From NCBI GenBank assembly GCA_047495785.1, contig JBLDXI010000013.1, positions 3,038,001-3,102,000 of the forward strand: a stretch of DNA of 64,000 nucleotides. Reading direction: 5' to 3'. Under the pieces are notes generated by a model. That model saw only the letters and a list, made by a program, of their open reading frames with translations. It made no database searches and had not been told where the DNA came from. The DNA is from Lepidodermella squamata. Taxonomy: Eukaryota; Animalia; Gastrotricha. A program made the position numbers and the translations under genes. This document shows positions 24,268-37,017 of the stretch, one piece after another (position 1 is the stretch's first letter; every line of letters starts with the position of its first letter).

Positions 24268-27203
24268 TCATCTAGTTAAAGTTTTGCCCCTGGCTATTTT
24301 CTCTGGGCAACAGTAAATGCATAGAGAAATCGATTTGTTCAACAGGCGAATTATTACATCCGCGTTGATGATATTGAGAAACGGCACGAGACCTGACGGT
24401 TCGCTGCTGTGCAGATCGTCAAATAAGTACTGGTTGCCGTCGATTGAAATCAACGCCACATAATGCCCTGACCCATACAAAATCGCCGAATGTCTGTGAT
24501 ATCTATAGCCGAGGAAAACGCAACTGCGCGGTAAGGAATCGAACGAGCGAGCATTGACTTGGCCGCTCGAATCATCAGAAGAGCAGTCAACGGCTAAAAC
24601 AGGAGGTACTGTTAAATTCGATTTATGCTGCGCTCGATGGTATGGGCGGCCACTGTAACGTTGTCCGTTACAGAACTTGGCTCTGTCGGGAGATGACTTT
24701 TTTTGGCGAAATAACGAAGTTAAGTTATTACCTTCGCCCGTCACGAGCGAGGCCGTCACGGTACGTTCCATCTGGAGGATTGCTTTCCTTGAAGATTCGG
24801 TCGCAAATAAAGGATTTAAAGGCATCGCAAGGAAATTCGAAGTCATCTTTGAGGGTCAAGAACCTGACAAACAAAACATTGGAGTTAGAGCACGATTCGC
24901 AAGTTTTATGCTTACTTGGACGGCTGGATTCTGGTCATGCAGCTGAAAGTTTCTGTCCTCATTCGTTGAGGACAATAATTTGAACTGCATGTTTGATTGA
25001 TAGCAAATTCGCAACTGTCAAAAATCCTGGAGAATGATGTTTACATTCGGTGGCTTATTGCAATATACGGTTTTATATATTCTTTACTTTGTGTACAAAC
25101 CATGAATTGATATCGACATATCACCATCAATCTTAGATGCTTTGAAAAAAGATGGAAGATAAGCCATGAGAATTTGTAGCCGCGCCTCGTTACTGCTCGA
25201 CTGGCTTCGAGATTGCCTAATTGTCTTGGCTGAAATTTTAAAAACATCGTCACACAGCTGTTCGAGGTTGTGTATTGCAGCGATGATGCAATCAATGGCA
25301 CATGTATTCCTAATGGAAATTCCTTTCACCGTTCCCCCTCCATTGCGCAGGAACATTCCATTTAACGGGGTGGCAGCAGGGGAATTCTGGCCAAAACCAT
25401 ACGCACGGTCCGGTTCCTGTGGAAGATCATCGTTCGATGTTAAGGCCGTGACCCGGAGATTTCTGATTTGTCATTTTATAACCATGGGATTCCCTCGCCT
25501 CATATTTTGACCTTAAATAATCATTTCAGTAAGCTAACAAAATCTCATCAGCCAATTCCTCACCGCTAGCGGAAGTTAAAAAAGGGAGAAATGTAAAACT
25601 CTCGAGAGTTTAATAGGGAATAATAGTGTGAATGTTCGCTATCATATTGTCAACTTTACCGAGAATTCCCACACTTCACTATTGTCCACAAGTGAATAAG
25701 GTGGAGGGTCCATCGGAAGAGATGTGGCTGTTGGGGAATGGTTTCTCGAATCTGCTCTTCTCACAGAAACGTTGGCACACACTGGACGGCTGGTTGACGG
25801 CAATTTTGGAGTGGGATCTTCAACAGGAGGCAAAGTTTTCTTGTTCGCCGCATTGATGCCGTTTTGGGATGAAGCTGATATCTCGTCCTGTGCATAAAAT
25901 TGGAATACACAAATCTTTTCCAGCTATTATGAAAGGAAAAGAATATATTTGGGCGAGAAAAGTGCATTCCCTTATAATATCAAATCATAAGGCTTCAGGT
26001 TATAATTATAAGAGTATAGTGTGAATGTTCGCTATTATTGTCAACTTTACCGAGAATTCCCACACTTCACTATTGTCCACAAGTGAATAAGGTGGAGGGT
26101 CCATCGGAAGAGTTGTGACTGTTTGAGAATGACTTCTCGAGTCTGCGAAAACGGGATGTCCAGAAGCGGACGCATCGAGTTTGCGTGGACCGCAGTCGGC
26201 TTGCTCTTCGATCTGATGGATAGCGACAGGCTCGACATTGGCAGCTGGGGTCTGGATTGCTTCAGCCATAGGCCGAGATCGTATACGCGTTGGATCGACG
26301 GGTGCCAACTGGGGTTTTGTGGCAGTCGCCGATATCAATTGCTGGTAAGCTTTGGCAAGGCGTTGGGCGGTCGAGTTCGTTGCGACAGGCGCAGACAGCA
26401 AGCGGGCGCGAACCCGGAATTGAAGTGAGGAGTCAGAAGTAGTTTCTACCAAAGGAGCTGCTCGCAGAGATGATGCCAAAGGCGGTGAATAAGCTGGAGG
26501 GTCTACTGGACGAGATGGGACTTTAGAAAATGTTTCCGTCAATGAAATTATTAAATATATCGCAACTCACTTCCATCAAGCCTTCTTTGCTTTAGAGCGC
26601 CCCATGGTGCTGGCGATGACCGACTTGCTCCGTCTGTTTCATACGGGGCATCAGATGGCAAGGAACACTGAGCTTCTCCTAGACGTCTTTTCAATGATGT
26701 TGCCAAGCGGCTTCCGATTTCAGCCGTATTGGCGGAAGAGGTTAGATTATTATTGACGTTATTAGCGCTGCTCAACTCGGCCGACGAAGTAGCAGATGTG
26801 GCCAATAACGGCATGTTGCCAGCATTCACGTGGTTCATTAGAGACAGTTCTGAAAAAAGAACCCATGATCGCAAATGCGCTTTGCTGTTTCATACGAACC
26901 TGAGGCTTTCCGCTGCGTATCTGCTCTGACGAAATTCTGGCGAATTCTACTCCCTATGACCCTCGTAGACTTTTCCGGCTTCTCGCGCGCTTTCTGAGAC
27001 TTTCCACCAGTAAGAGACTGAAAGACGCTTTGGAAAACACTGTGAAATTTGGAGAAGATCCCAGCTTTATTCTGAGACTGCTCCACTTCCTCTTCTTCCA
27101 TTGCAACATCCTCATCATCGGTAATAACATCATCATCTACACTTATCGGTCCATTAACACCCCCATTGCTAGCAGAATGCGACCCGAGGCTGTGAGTAGA
27201 CAT
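24268..27203 (-). CDS. Multi-exon protein with disordered PPxY-repeat N-half and C-terminal USP/C19-like cysteine peptidase domain (possibly decaying)
   Basis: Cys box GISIRNTCAIDCIIAAI (ORF 25084-25356), CxxxxCP linker, His/Asp box GSGHYVALISIDGNQYLFDDL (ORF 24268-24846); duplicated exon PMDPPPYSLVDNSEVWEFS. Exact exon chain unresolved; one candidate exon contains a TGA. Confidence 0.6.
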
Positions 27204-27623
27204 GAGAAAGTCTAAATCAAAATATAGAATATGTCATAATAATAAACGATGTGATTAGCAAAGAAAACAAGCTAAAGGAAAAATTCATATATGCGGATGA
27301 AAAATTAAAAATAATGCATTCCTTTACGTCAAATTAAAGCTTCAGTTTAACACCAAGAGTACAGTCTGATAAGTCGCTTCCATCAGCATAAATACATCCT
27401 TTCCTTGTTTTGTCTGATTCGTTTTGTCGATAAGAGTATGTTATCATGCAAGCTCTGGGCGATAGTCGCTCGTGCTGAATTTTATCTGACGAGGCGCGAG
27501 CCGAGTCCTTAGAAGACAAGAGACGTAGCCGGTCATGGGACGAATGGCTATTACAATTCGTCTACCAAACCAGATTTTGATCCCTTGAAGATTTTAAAAT
27601 ATTTAATGGAAGTGGCTATTTAC

Positions 27624-27766
27624 ACCCACTAAAGGGTGTCACAAGTTGACTATTTACACCCAGTGGGTGTTCTTAAGCTGCTAAATACACCCTTTTCGGG
27701 TGTAAATAGCAAGATTAGAGCACCCACTGGGTGTAAATAGTCAACTTGTGACACCCATTAGTGGGT
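27624..27766. repeat. Foldback palindrome built from TATTTACACCC-like units
   Basis: acccactaaagggtgtcacaagttgactatttacacccagtgggtg ... cacccactgggtgtaaatagtcaacttgtgacacccattagtgggt. Confidence 0.85.
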
Positions 27767-28926
27767 TTCTTGGAGGTTGATAACGCGTTTCCACTATTGT
27801 TTTTCGTTTGCATTCTTCATATTTTTGAAATTTTGTGTGTAATTAATGCGCGAATGTCGGCCAAATTAACGCTATCAATCTCTCGAAAGACCCCACCTTT
27901 GATATTCTCGAAAAATTAGGGAATTTACATCTCCCCTCCCACTCAACGCTTATCAAAGCCGAATTTCTGGCTTTTGGCTTTTGGCAGAAAATAATATATC
28001 AAGAGACACGTTGATTGTTGAGAATTGTCCTCAAAATCGATAGATTAATCACGACGTCATGGGGAAGTTTTGATAGTGACATAAAATCGCAATCAGGCCC
28101 GAGCCATTAATTCAGTTTGCTGAAATTTGGAAAATCTCAGAAAAGCAGCGGCCAAGAAAGCAAAAACTCTTGATGAATCATTTCGGCACAGATAAATGTA
28201 CTAGCGTCAGATCTCTTTTTTATTTACCTATGCAAGCATCTATCCATTATAATGCTTCTGGGCGCAAAAAAATGTCTGAGCAAATAACAATCGTCAAGTC
28301 GTTCAAAAATCCAAAAAATCGACATTTGATGATTTGCCTCGCTTGTAATATTTCTTAAAAATCAATTATTTTTCCAATCACCTTGCATCATTTGAAAGCT
28401 CGAAAGACGGGAAACATTATGGAACAAACTCTGTGATTTTATTGTAAATCGTTACGAAGCTAGTCACCTGTAAAGCCGGAGGGTCCAATAGTACCCTGTC
28501 CGAATTTATCCGGCGCCATGGTACTCAAAAACGGCAAAACGGCGTTTTTAAGGTTCGGATTGGTTTTTAGCATTGTTTTGGTTTCAGACGGAATAATTAT
28601 TGGTCAAAGTATCAGGCTACTCGAACTCTCTGAAACTGTTCCGTGATTGCGCACGTGAATTGGGTCATATAACAATAAAAATGACCTAGTAAGGTCAGAA
28701 TCGCAGTAATTCTGTTGTCCTGAAAAAAGAGAAGAGAACGAGCCGCAAGAACGAAAAAAATTCATTATTTTCAGTTGAAAATATTATTACACAATCAGAT
28801 AACAATCCAAAGGCGAAAAGCATTCTGAAGCTCTTGTGAAACTTTTTGATTCCATGCAATATTGGCCCCAAGGCTTTGATATGTTAATTGTTAACTATTT
28901 CTAAAAACAAACATCATTGTTTCTAG

Positions 28927-29083
28927 GTATAAATGCGGAACACGAGCTGAGCAATATGACTAATTACGATCATCAAGAGCTTGCCATGCTTCCGTACCTG
29001 GAAGCTGCGCCATATTTCAGCGCGGAATGGTTTCACTGGTTTGGCGATTTCATAGATCGAGTCGTTCAAGCAATCAGGAAATA
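28927..29083 (+). pseudogene. Degenerate subtype-A exon 2 (also at ~22815-23005)
   Basis: After a ttctag acceptor: INAEHELSNMTNYDHQELAMLPYLEAAPYFSAEWFHWFGDFIDRVVQAIRK*, homologous to A exon 2; no intact exon 1 found. Confidence 0.6.
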
Positions 29084-29164
29084 ACAATCATGTGACAGCT
29101 TTTATTGTAAGCTGACAGCAAGAAGGACAGAACACATTTTCTTGCAAATTCAAGATGAATAATG

Positions 29165-29260
29165 CTGAGCTTGATGGCGGCGACTCGGTAAAAGACCTCG
29201 GAATCACTATTGACAAAATTTTAACTTCTCCGATCATTGTAACGCATTAGCAGCGGAATC
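29165..29260 (+). mobile_element. LINE (CR1/L2-like) reverse-transcriptase thumb remnant (copy at ~23095-23200)
   Basis: Translates to ELDGGDSVKDLGITIDKILT/SDHCNALAA, matching VKDLGVxIDxxLxFxxHC with a frameshift. Confidence 0.55.
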
Positions 29261-29778
29261 CTTCGGATTGTGCACACTTTAAATGAATAAACGCTATCAG
29301 CATGATTTCTGTGTTTGTGTCCCACTTGGCGGATGGCGAAAAGTCCATTAAAGCCATCCTTTCTATCAATCTAGAAATTGCGCCTTTATCAGCAGGGGCG
29401 CAACTGACGTTATATTCGACTTCGTATTCGTATTTAGAATTTCAAGATGAATCAATAGTTAGTTGTTGTTTCCTCAACTTCAACGCAGCTTTTGACTGCT
29501 TATTCTTCACAGCGCGTTACCTTTGCTAAATGATTTGTCTTTAACTGTTTTGATATTCAAACCACATACCTGCAGGCTTACAGCTAACAGCTATCCAAGT
29601 CAATTTTTCGCTTCTCGCAAGTACCGGACAGGCAGCAGCATTGCTCCGCCAGAATTGATCTACGGTCTATGGCGTGTGCCCAAACGCAAGTATTGATCGA
29701 AATCGTCCCCAGCACCACAACGACGACAGCGACCATCACCTAGTTAATTCCACGAAATCTGATCGGACTTATACGGAC

Positions 29779-30596
29779 ATGTCGAAGCATAGTTGCAGTC
29801 TTAATCTCGCCGAAGCAAATGATTTCCAGGCGGTTATCCACGGCCTTGCCGAGAGCATACAGCATAAATTGGATGCTGCTGTCTATGAATTTCTTAGAAC
29901 TGACCGGCAAGTAGCAAACAGCCAAGCTTTCCAAGCATTGGTAAACCTGCAGCGACAGGAATTACTGCGATTTCATGTAAAATATTTGAAAAAGTTGACA
30001 GATTCATGAAATATTTCAGATTTCAGGAAGAGTTTGAAAATGAATTTACCGGCCTGAGTGTCGAACAGCTGGAAGATGCTATTGAAGCCTACGATCAGCT
30101 GTCCGATTTCCTCGAGAACAACTTCTTCCATTTGCTATATGAAGAAACTCTGCGTGTTTTGAAGGTGGTTCGAGCTGGTGGCCACGTTGAAGTTGAGCAG
30201 TCCCGTCAGCGATTTCGAGAGATCTTGGATAGCATGAAAAATAATTTCAAGGAAGCTAATGAAGCCGTGACGCGTCAAAAGGAAGCTGAGAGGTCGATCA
30301 ACGACAATGAACAGCCTGAAGAAGATGACAGCCAACCACAGCCTTACACGTATTTTGCAGTCGATAACAATGACAACCAATCACAACCTGATCCCGATAA
30401 CGTAGTCGATGATGATAACAACCAATCACAGCCCGAACCCGATAACGCTGCTTATGAAGCTAGCAGCCGATCTCAGCCTGAACCCGATAACGCAGTCTAT
30501 GAAGCTAGCAGCCAATCTCAACCTGAACCCGATAATTCAGCCTCTGAATCTAACAACCAATCACAGCCTGAGCCCGATAGTGCCGCCAGCGATTAA
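29779..30596 (+). CDS. Novel helical family, subtype B copy 3 with acidic SQPEPDN repeat tail (exons 29779-29976, 30027-30596; start uncertain)
   Basis: Homologous to B (FQAVIHGLAE..., EEFENEFTGLSVEQLEDA...), same intron; ~5 repeats of 13-14 aa, e.g. SQPEPDNAAYEASS. Confidence 0.7.
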
Positions 30597-31247
30597 TTTG
30601 ATTAAAGCTAACAACTGCTAAGAAAATCAGCATACCTGCTTACAATTTCGGAACAATTAACATTAACATTAATTGGTTGATAATAATTTCTTGTCTCATT
30701 AATGATTTTTCGCTAAACCGTGTACGCGTAAATCGTATATAATGTTAAGACGGCCATTCCTTTGAAGTTCATTACTAAGCTTGAGAAGAGAGAGAAACCG
30801 ATTTATGGGTAGTCTGTGTTACGGACATTTACAGTAATAAATACAGTAATTGGCTTTGACACTGTTGATGCCAAAGTTCTGCAGAAGTTTCATGTCTCAG
30901 GTGGGACTTTTAGCCGAACCAAAGACGATTCGATCCCAACTTCAGCGCAGCACAAAACGCTTTTCATTGCTTATTCTTCATCGCATTACCTAAGCTGAGT
31001 AATAGACCCGCCATCTTTGCCTTTGATGTATTGATATCCCACTACATATAGGCTAACCGCGATCGAAGTAGATTTATTATTTCTCGCAAGTGTCGGACAG
31101 GCAGCTGCACTGCAGCGCAAAAGTATTGATCTATGGCGTGTGCCCCCAACGTAAGTATTGATCGAATTGCGCGTCATCCACTACCACAACAAATACCACG
31201 AATAGCGACCATCACATAGTTAATTCCACAAAATCTGACCAGACAGG

Positions 31248-31765
31248 ATGTCGCAGCATAGCCTCACCGAAGCGAATGATTTCCAGGCGGTTATCCACGG
31301 GCTTGCCGAGAGCATGCAGTATAACTTGGATGCTGCTGTCTATGAACTTCTTGGAACCGACATGCAATTAGCAAACAGCCAGGATTTCCAAGAACTGAGA
31401 AACCTCCAGCGACAGGAATTACTGCGATTTCATGTAATGTTGAAACAGTTAACAGATACATGAAATATTTCAGATTCATGTAGGAAGAGTTTGAAGATAA
31501 ATTCGCTGCCCTGAGTGTCGAACAGCACGAAGATGCACTTGAAGCCTACTATCGGCTGGGCAACTTTCTCGGCAACAGTTTCTTCCAATCGTTAGCCGAA
31601 GAAACCCTGCGTGTTTTCAAGGTGATTCAAGCTGGTGACCATGATGAGGTTGAACAGGCCCGTCAGCAATTTCGGGACATCTTAGATAGCATGAGAAATG
31701 AATTGAAGGAGACCTATGAAGCGGTGATACGTCAAAAGGCAGCTGACAAGTCGATCAAAGACTAG
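31248..31765 (+). CDS. Novel helical family, subtype B copy 4 (~155 aa; exons 31248-31433, 31484-31765), tail truncated by TAG
   Basis: Tandem duplicate of the 29600-30350 region; in-frame intron; stop before the repeat tail. Confidence 0.6.
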
Positions 31766-32773
31766 GAGCAGCCTCAAGAAGATGAGATCCAACCACAGCA
31801 GTCCTATCAATTTGAAATTTAATTTAACATTTTGAATTTGAAAGACGCATTTTCCTCTGAAGTTCATTACTAAGCTTGAGAAAACTCGTAGTACTTTATA
31901 TAATTCAGCTAATAAATCTTGCTGCAGTACAAAAAAGTTTTTGAGATTATCGCGGCACTACCTGGCAGAGGTGGAAACGCAGGTTGTGAAACCGGCCGGT
32001 CGAAAAACAGGTTACCGGTAACCGGTAATGTTCATAGTTTTAGGTCAAGGCCGGTTAGAGTAAAAGATGACCGGTTTACCGGGAAATCATACCACAGGAG
32101 AGCGAAAGAGTTTCGGGTAATAAAAAATGCGGTTTTTCGTATTGAAAACGGCTCTGGGAGGTTCACCAAATGTAAGAAGTGTAGCTTTGTAGAACAATTA
32201 ATTATTGCTTTGATATTTTTTATTGCGCATCTACACTTAAGAGCAGGTATTACCAATCCGTCTGGGTTGGGATTTGCGAGAAAATCCCGGTCAAAAGAGC
32301 TACCTTTATTCAACCTGGGACGAATTCTGTGCGATTTTCATGTTTTCTAGGATCTAGGACGAAAGCTGGTAGATATTTGAGGCGTGTTAGCGTTTCCATG
32401 AGCTCATTTTATTTTGAATAAAATCGCCGTTTTGTGGATTTTTTCTTTGATTTAATGAGCCAGGACTTCAACGTGGATGAAAATTCAGGTACAAACTTTT
32501 ATAAATTTGGAAATTATTTATTTTAAGGGTATTGTTTTTATTGAGCTGCTCCAGATTGGGCCTGAAATCGCGTGCCAGTAAGAGCAACCTGGTGCCATTC
32601 TTATAAATGAGAGCCGCCCGCCTTCATCTCGTCATTTTCGCTACTACAACACTTTGCGAGTTACTAAACACTCGAAAACACAAACACACACGTAGCATTT
32701 TCTATACAATTTTTATTAACTAAATTTTCAAATTCAATTCTTATTCACAATTTTTCTCTACGCCGATCCGAAA

Positions 32774-33323
32774 ATGTTCGAAAAAGTGGCCTACTCATTG
32801 TTGATGCTGTTCATTGCATTCGTTGTAACTCGTGGCCAAGATCCGGTCGCGAAAAGTGGAGAACCGACCCCTGCAAGTGAGTTTTCTGATTTTTAGAAAA
32901 ATTCATATAATTCATAGAATAATTCTAATGTGATTTTTTTTATTTTCAAAAATAGCACCTAGTCAGTTGACCTGTTTCGCGTGCCGAGGAACTGCCAGCG
33001 CTTGCGCGAATCAAATAAATCCGAAATACGTCAAATGTCCCGCAACGGCCGCCGGCTACTCCCCGGAACAGCTCGCTAATTTCAAGTGCATGCTGACCTA
33101 CAACAGCCTAGACAATACCGTTTACCAGGGCTGTGCCGCGAAATGCGACCCGGACAACACGGCGACTTACCAAAGGTCCTGCTTCTCGAAATCCTACGCC
33201 AACTGTCTCGAAGGCCAGTGCAACTTGATCAGCGGCGGCGGTGGTTCTGAATCCAACTTTGTCCGCACCGCGGCCCTTGTTCTATGCACAGCAATTGTAG
33301 CCTTTTTTCACCCTAATCATTAA
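32774..33323 (+). CDS. Ly6/uPAR (three-finger)-like GPI protein 2, exons 32774-32876 and 32956-33323
   Basis: Same cysteine frame, VYQGCA..C motif, 103-nt first coding exon and phase-1 intron as the 12902 gene; signal peptide and hydrophobic tail. Confidence 0.7.
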
Positions 33324-33442
33324 AAAAAATAACTCGTCATTGTTATAAAAAATGTTGAAATTTCTTGATAAAATAATTTGATTTTTGTAACGCCAAACTT
33401 GAAAACATCATTTGATCGTAATAAATTTTATTAAAAATGCCT

Positions 33443-34030
33443 TCAATTTTCCGTTATTTCCGGCGAGTTCAAATTAGCCCGTAGCGTATAGGCCATAATC
33501 GAGCCTAAAAATTCGTTGTACGTCGGCGGAGGCGGTAGATTTGCATCTGGCTCTTCAGTAACTGTTGGTTGAACGTTCGAAGTTGACAGCGTTACGGTTG
33601 TAATCGCAACAGTGTTGATTTCAGGGCCGATTTCCCACGAAAAATTCTGAGGTAAAAAACCTTGGAAAAACGCAGGTGGTGTGTGAACTCTTGATGCAGA
33701 TCCGTCACGGCGATAATTCTCGAACGAGGCGCTGAAATTTTGAAAATCAGATGTCAGCTTTTTGCGCCGATAGACAAGAACAGCGAATGGTAGAATTGCG
33801 GCTAATAAGACGGCTATTCCTATTGCCAAAAATGCGATATTAGCCGCCAGCCGAAATGAAGCGTTGTTGTAGTTGGAAAATATTCCGATTGGGTCAATTC
33901 TCGTCGTATTGTCATCGACCAGCAAAAAATTGGTTAGATTATTAGACGTTTCCGGGTTCAGCTCATCAATGACTTTGGCATGGGTAAAATTTGAGGTCTC
34001 CAAAGTTGTATTGACAGCGATACCTGGAAC
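33443..34030 (-). CDS. Single-pass membrane protein, main exon (N-glycosylation-rich ectodomain, TM, cytoplasmic PPTY motif); 5' exon(s) unresolved
   Basis: Several NxS/T sites; TM IAFLAIGIAVLLAAILPFAVLVY followed by RRKK; PPPPTYNEF. Confidence 0.6.
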   Translation of the reverse strand, partial: VPGIAVNTTLETSNFTHAKVIDELNPETSNNLTNFLLVDDNTTRIDPIGIFSNYNNASFRLAANIAFLAIGIAVLLAAILPFAVLVYRRKKLTSDFQNFSASFENYRRDGSASRVHTPPAFFQGFLPQNFSWEIGPEINTVAITTVTLSTSNVQPTVTEEPDANLPPPPTYNEFLGSIMAYTLRANLNSPEITEN

Positions 34031-36782
34031 CTGAAATAATAATTTGTAAAAATGCGAATGAATTCGCGAATAATTCAAACATTTCTATGCAAATTCCAAT
34101 GGATGCGGCGCTGAGTTCGCTTTAAAATTGACTCCACGATATCGTTCATTAAAAGATTAAAAAAATTCTAAATTTAAATTGTTAAATTTTTCAGAAAATT
34201 TTATTAACAAAAAATGTCTCTAGTCATTTGCGATTACCTGAGTTTTATATAAATAGCGTTTCATGTTATGATGGAAAAGCATAGCAATATAAAGATGGGA
34301 AAGGTTGACGGCAATAAACTACTGGTATATTTTTCGTGTTATTATGACTTGTCGCATGTCCTTTTGATGATGATGACACACCATTTAAGCCTTTTCGGTA
34401 ACATTATTTTACTGCGTTGTTTTCTTGCGAAATATATGCGAGGAAAACATCCACCCGCGTTGACCTACTTCTACGCCGAAATTTCCGTTCAAACAGTATA
34501 GGTAGATGTATTTTCCAGCTACAACCAGATAAACAAATGCGTAAAAACTGACGCCTGTTGTTTTTTCGCAAAATTTCTCAATATTTTCGCTTTTTTGTGA
34601 AATAGCAAAAGGCTGTGACATGCATCCTGTTTACCTTGCACCCTGCCAGTCTTAAAATACATATCGACGATAACTTTTATTTTCGCTCAAAATTCACATG
34701 TGTCAACAATCGCTAAAGCGAAAATGATTTTCCTGATTTTAATACTGCTATTCTTGTGTAATTTTTCAATTTAAAATTGCGGTCTTAAATGGGTTGATAA
34801 GGTAAAAGAATGACCTAAATAAATATACTTTATATGAATGTGTGCCGCGTCATCATTGGTCAAAAAAGGGCGTCAATAATTTATTTTTCAGGTTAAACAG
34901 CAGACGAAATGTCCCGGCTACTATAGGATGTTAATTTAAATCTAACATTGCAACCGACATCATTCCTCTATCATTCACAGCCTCTAGAATCAGGCCAAGT
35001 AATGTCCGATGAAGTATAAGAATTTACTGGGTAAATTTTTGAAGCTCTACTCATTATCCCATTCATACTCGAGGGTTATCTTATCAAGTCAAAAATTCCG
35101 CTTTGCATTTGTTTACCAACACAAGTTATTATACCGCGCATTTATTTCTAATTAAGTACATATAGCCCGAGTTATTTAGGGCACCCTGTGGGTGGAAGAC
35201 TATAATACCCAAGTCACGCGCATCTGGTCTCATTTATCGCGGGTGAAGTCTCACGCGTAATATATATTTTCGAATCATTTTGCTTATTATTTATTTCGGT
35301 ATATACTGTTTACCACGGTATTTTTTATTCCCATTATCAGTATTCAGTGATGTGTAATATCATCCGGTTGGCGTAGGTTACGTGTCTTAGATTAAGTGAT
35401 TGACTACCATAACGGAATGTAATAGGTAACATTAGCTTCCAATCCATCATATATTTGGCTGCTTAAATAGCGGAAAAATATAATACCTAAATATCACATT
35501 TTTTGGGTTTGTAAAAATTAACTTTTCGTTTTATATCCTCTGCAGAAATGCTACAGGTATATGTTTTCTTGACCAGCAAGGTGTTTCATGGCTATTATTA
35601 TAGTTGCATTACTGCTTTATGAACGTCCTCATTTTCGCATCGAGGCGCTATTGTCAACCGCGCGGCGTGCTTCTCGACCTGAGCACACATACGCGATGAC
35701 GAGGCCACTCTATTATTGTTAGCTTTCGAAACGATACGCCATGGAAAGCCACAGCTGACAATGCATCTTGTAAATACATATACAGATAGCGCATGCAGTG
35801 TTTCAGTAGTAGGGCAATTCATTTTGCTATTAGGGTCTATTAAACCCCTATAAAAATTAAGTTTTTTTCAGGCTAAAAAATTTAATGGCCCACTTAAACA
35901 GCTTTGAAACGTTGAGCGGTCATTAAAACCGATTAATTGATGCTAAGCTTGTTTAATTTTCGGATTTAACATAAGATTATAGGTTTTTTCTCATCTTTAA
36001 TATAGCTTGTTATATAAAAATTTGAAATAATTATTTTGATTTTTTGGAAAATATTTTCTATCTGAAAATTCATAGATTTCGCGGTTTCCTTGAATCTCAC
36101 GAAACGGGGTTGCCCAAAAAAAAACTTTCACGGCGCTAATAATTACCTGCATACGTATTAAACGCTACTGCCAACAAGCATTATACAGCTAGAAAATATT
36201 CACGCCTCGGTTGTAGAATATATTTTGTCAGGGAGCAAGGATAGCACTTGTAATGTTTGTATATTGCGCATGTATATACCACTCTTTGAAAAAGCAGCTT
36301 TACCACAAGCGTGTTATAATAATGTAAGCCAGTGTGCTGAAAGTCTCGCGTTTCGTTTCTACCTCCCGTCATCATAATCACCTACCTGGCCGAGCCGTGA
36401 AAATTCAACGGTATTCCTAATCTCTATATGTTTCAACGAAACATCCCAGACCTTGTATTTTGGTTTTCTCTATTGTTTTCTAGTGTTTTAATAATTCATG
36501 TCGTAGTTATAGTTTAAAAGGTTCGAGGCAATCGGAAAACATGAGTGTCCCCGGTCAAGGGACAGTGACTCGTGGCACTTACGAGCGGTTGTTTCCTGAT
36601 GTAAGCAACTCGAGTCAATACTTTGCCAGCTCAACTTTAGACCCATCGGTGACAACCGATCACCCGATGTCAACAACCAAGTCAATGAGGCTTCTAGTCG
36701 ATGAGATTGTTGGTTAGTACCTATTTTTATCATAAATCATTGTCCTCGAAAAATTATATGACCTCTAAATAAAAAATACAAT

Positions 36783-36941
36783 TGGAATCCTCTCCATAAA
36801 AAACATTTGAAATAAAAAAATTCCGATTTTTCAATTTTTCAAAAATGGAATTTTTTAATTTCAAATGTTTTTTATGGAGAGGATTCCATTGAAAAATTGA
36901 AAAATCGGAATTTTTTAATTTCAAATGTTTTTTATGGCGAG
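36783..36941. repeat. Template-switch type nested inverted duplication
   Basis: tggaatcctctccataaaaaacatttgaaat recurs as its reverse complement at ~36860-36888, and the reverse complement is largely repeated again at ~36890-36941. Confidence 0.8.
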
Positions 36942-37017
36942 TGAAAATTTTAATTTTAATTAAGGAGGATTTTTTAAATATTTTGAATAATTATTTTCAC
37001 TTTCTTGTGTTTACAGG

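Noticed and set aside
30375-30596. CRISPR-like spaced repeats
   Set aside because: These are in-frame coding repeats (SQPEPDN...) of ~39-42 nt in a eukaryotic gene, with no unique spacers or cas genes.
31965-32085. ACCGGT-rich stretch as a hAT transposon end; ORF 31919-32350 as a gene
   Set aside because: No matching opposite terminus or target duplication found, and the ORF has no recognisable features.
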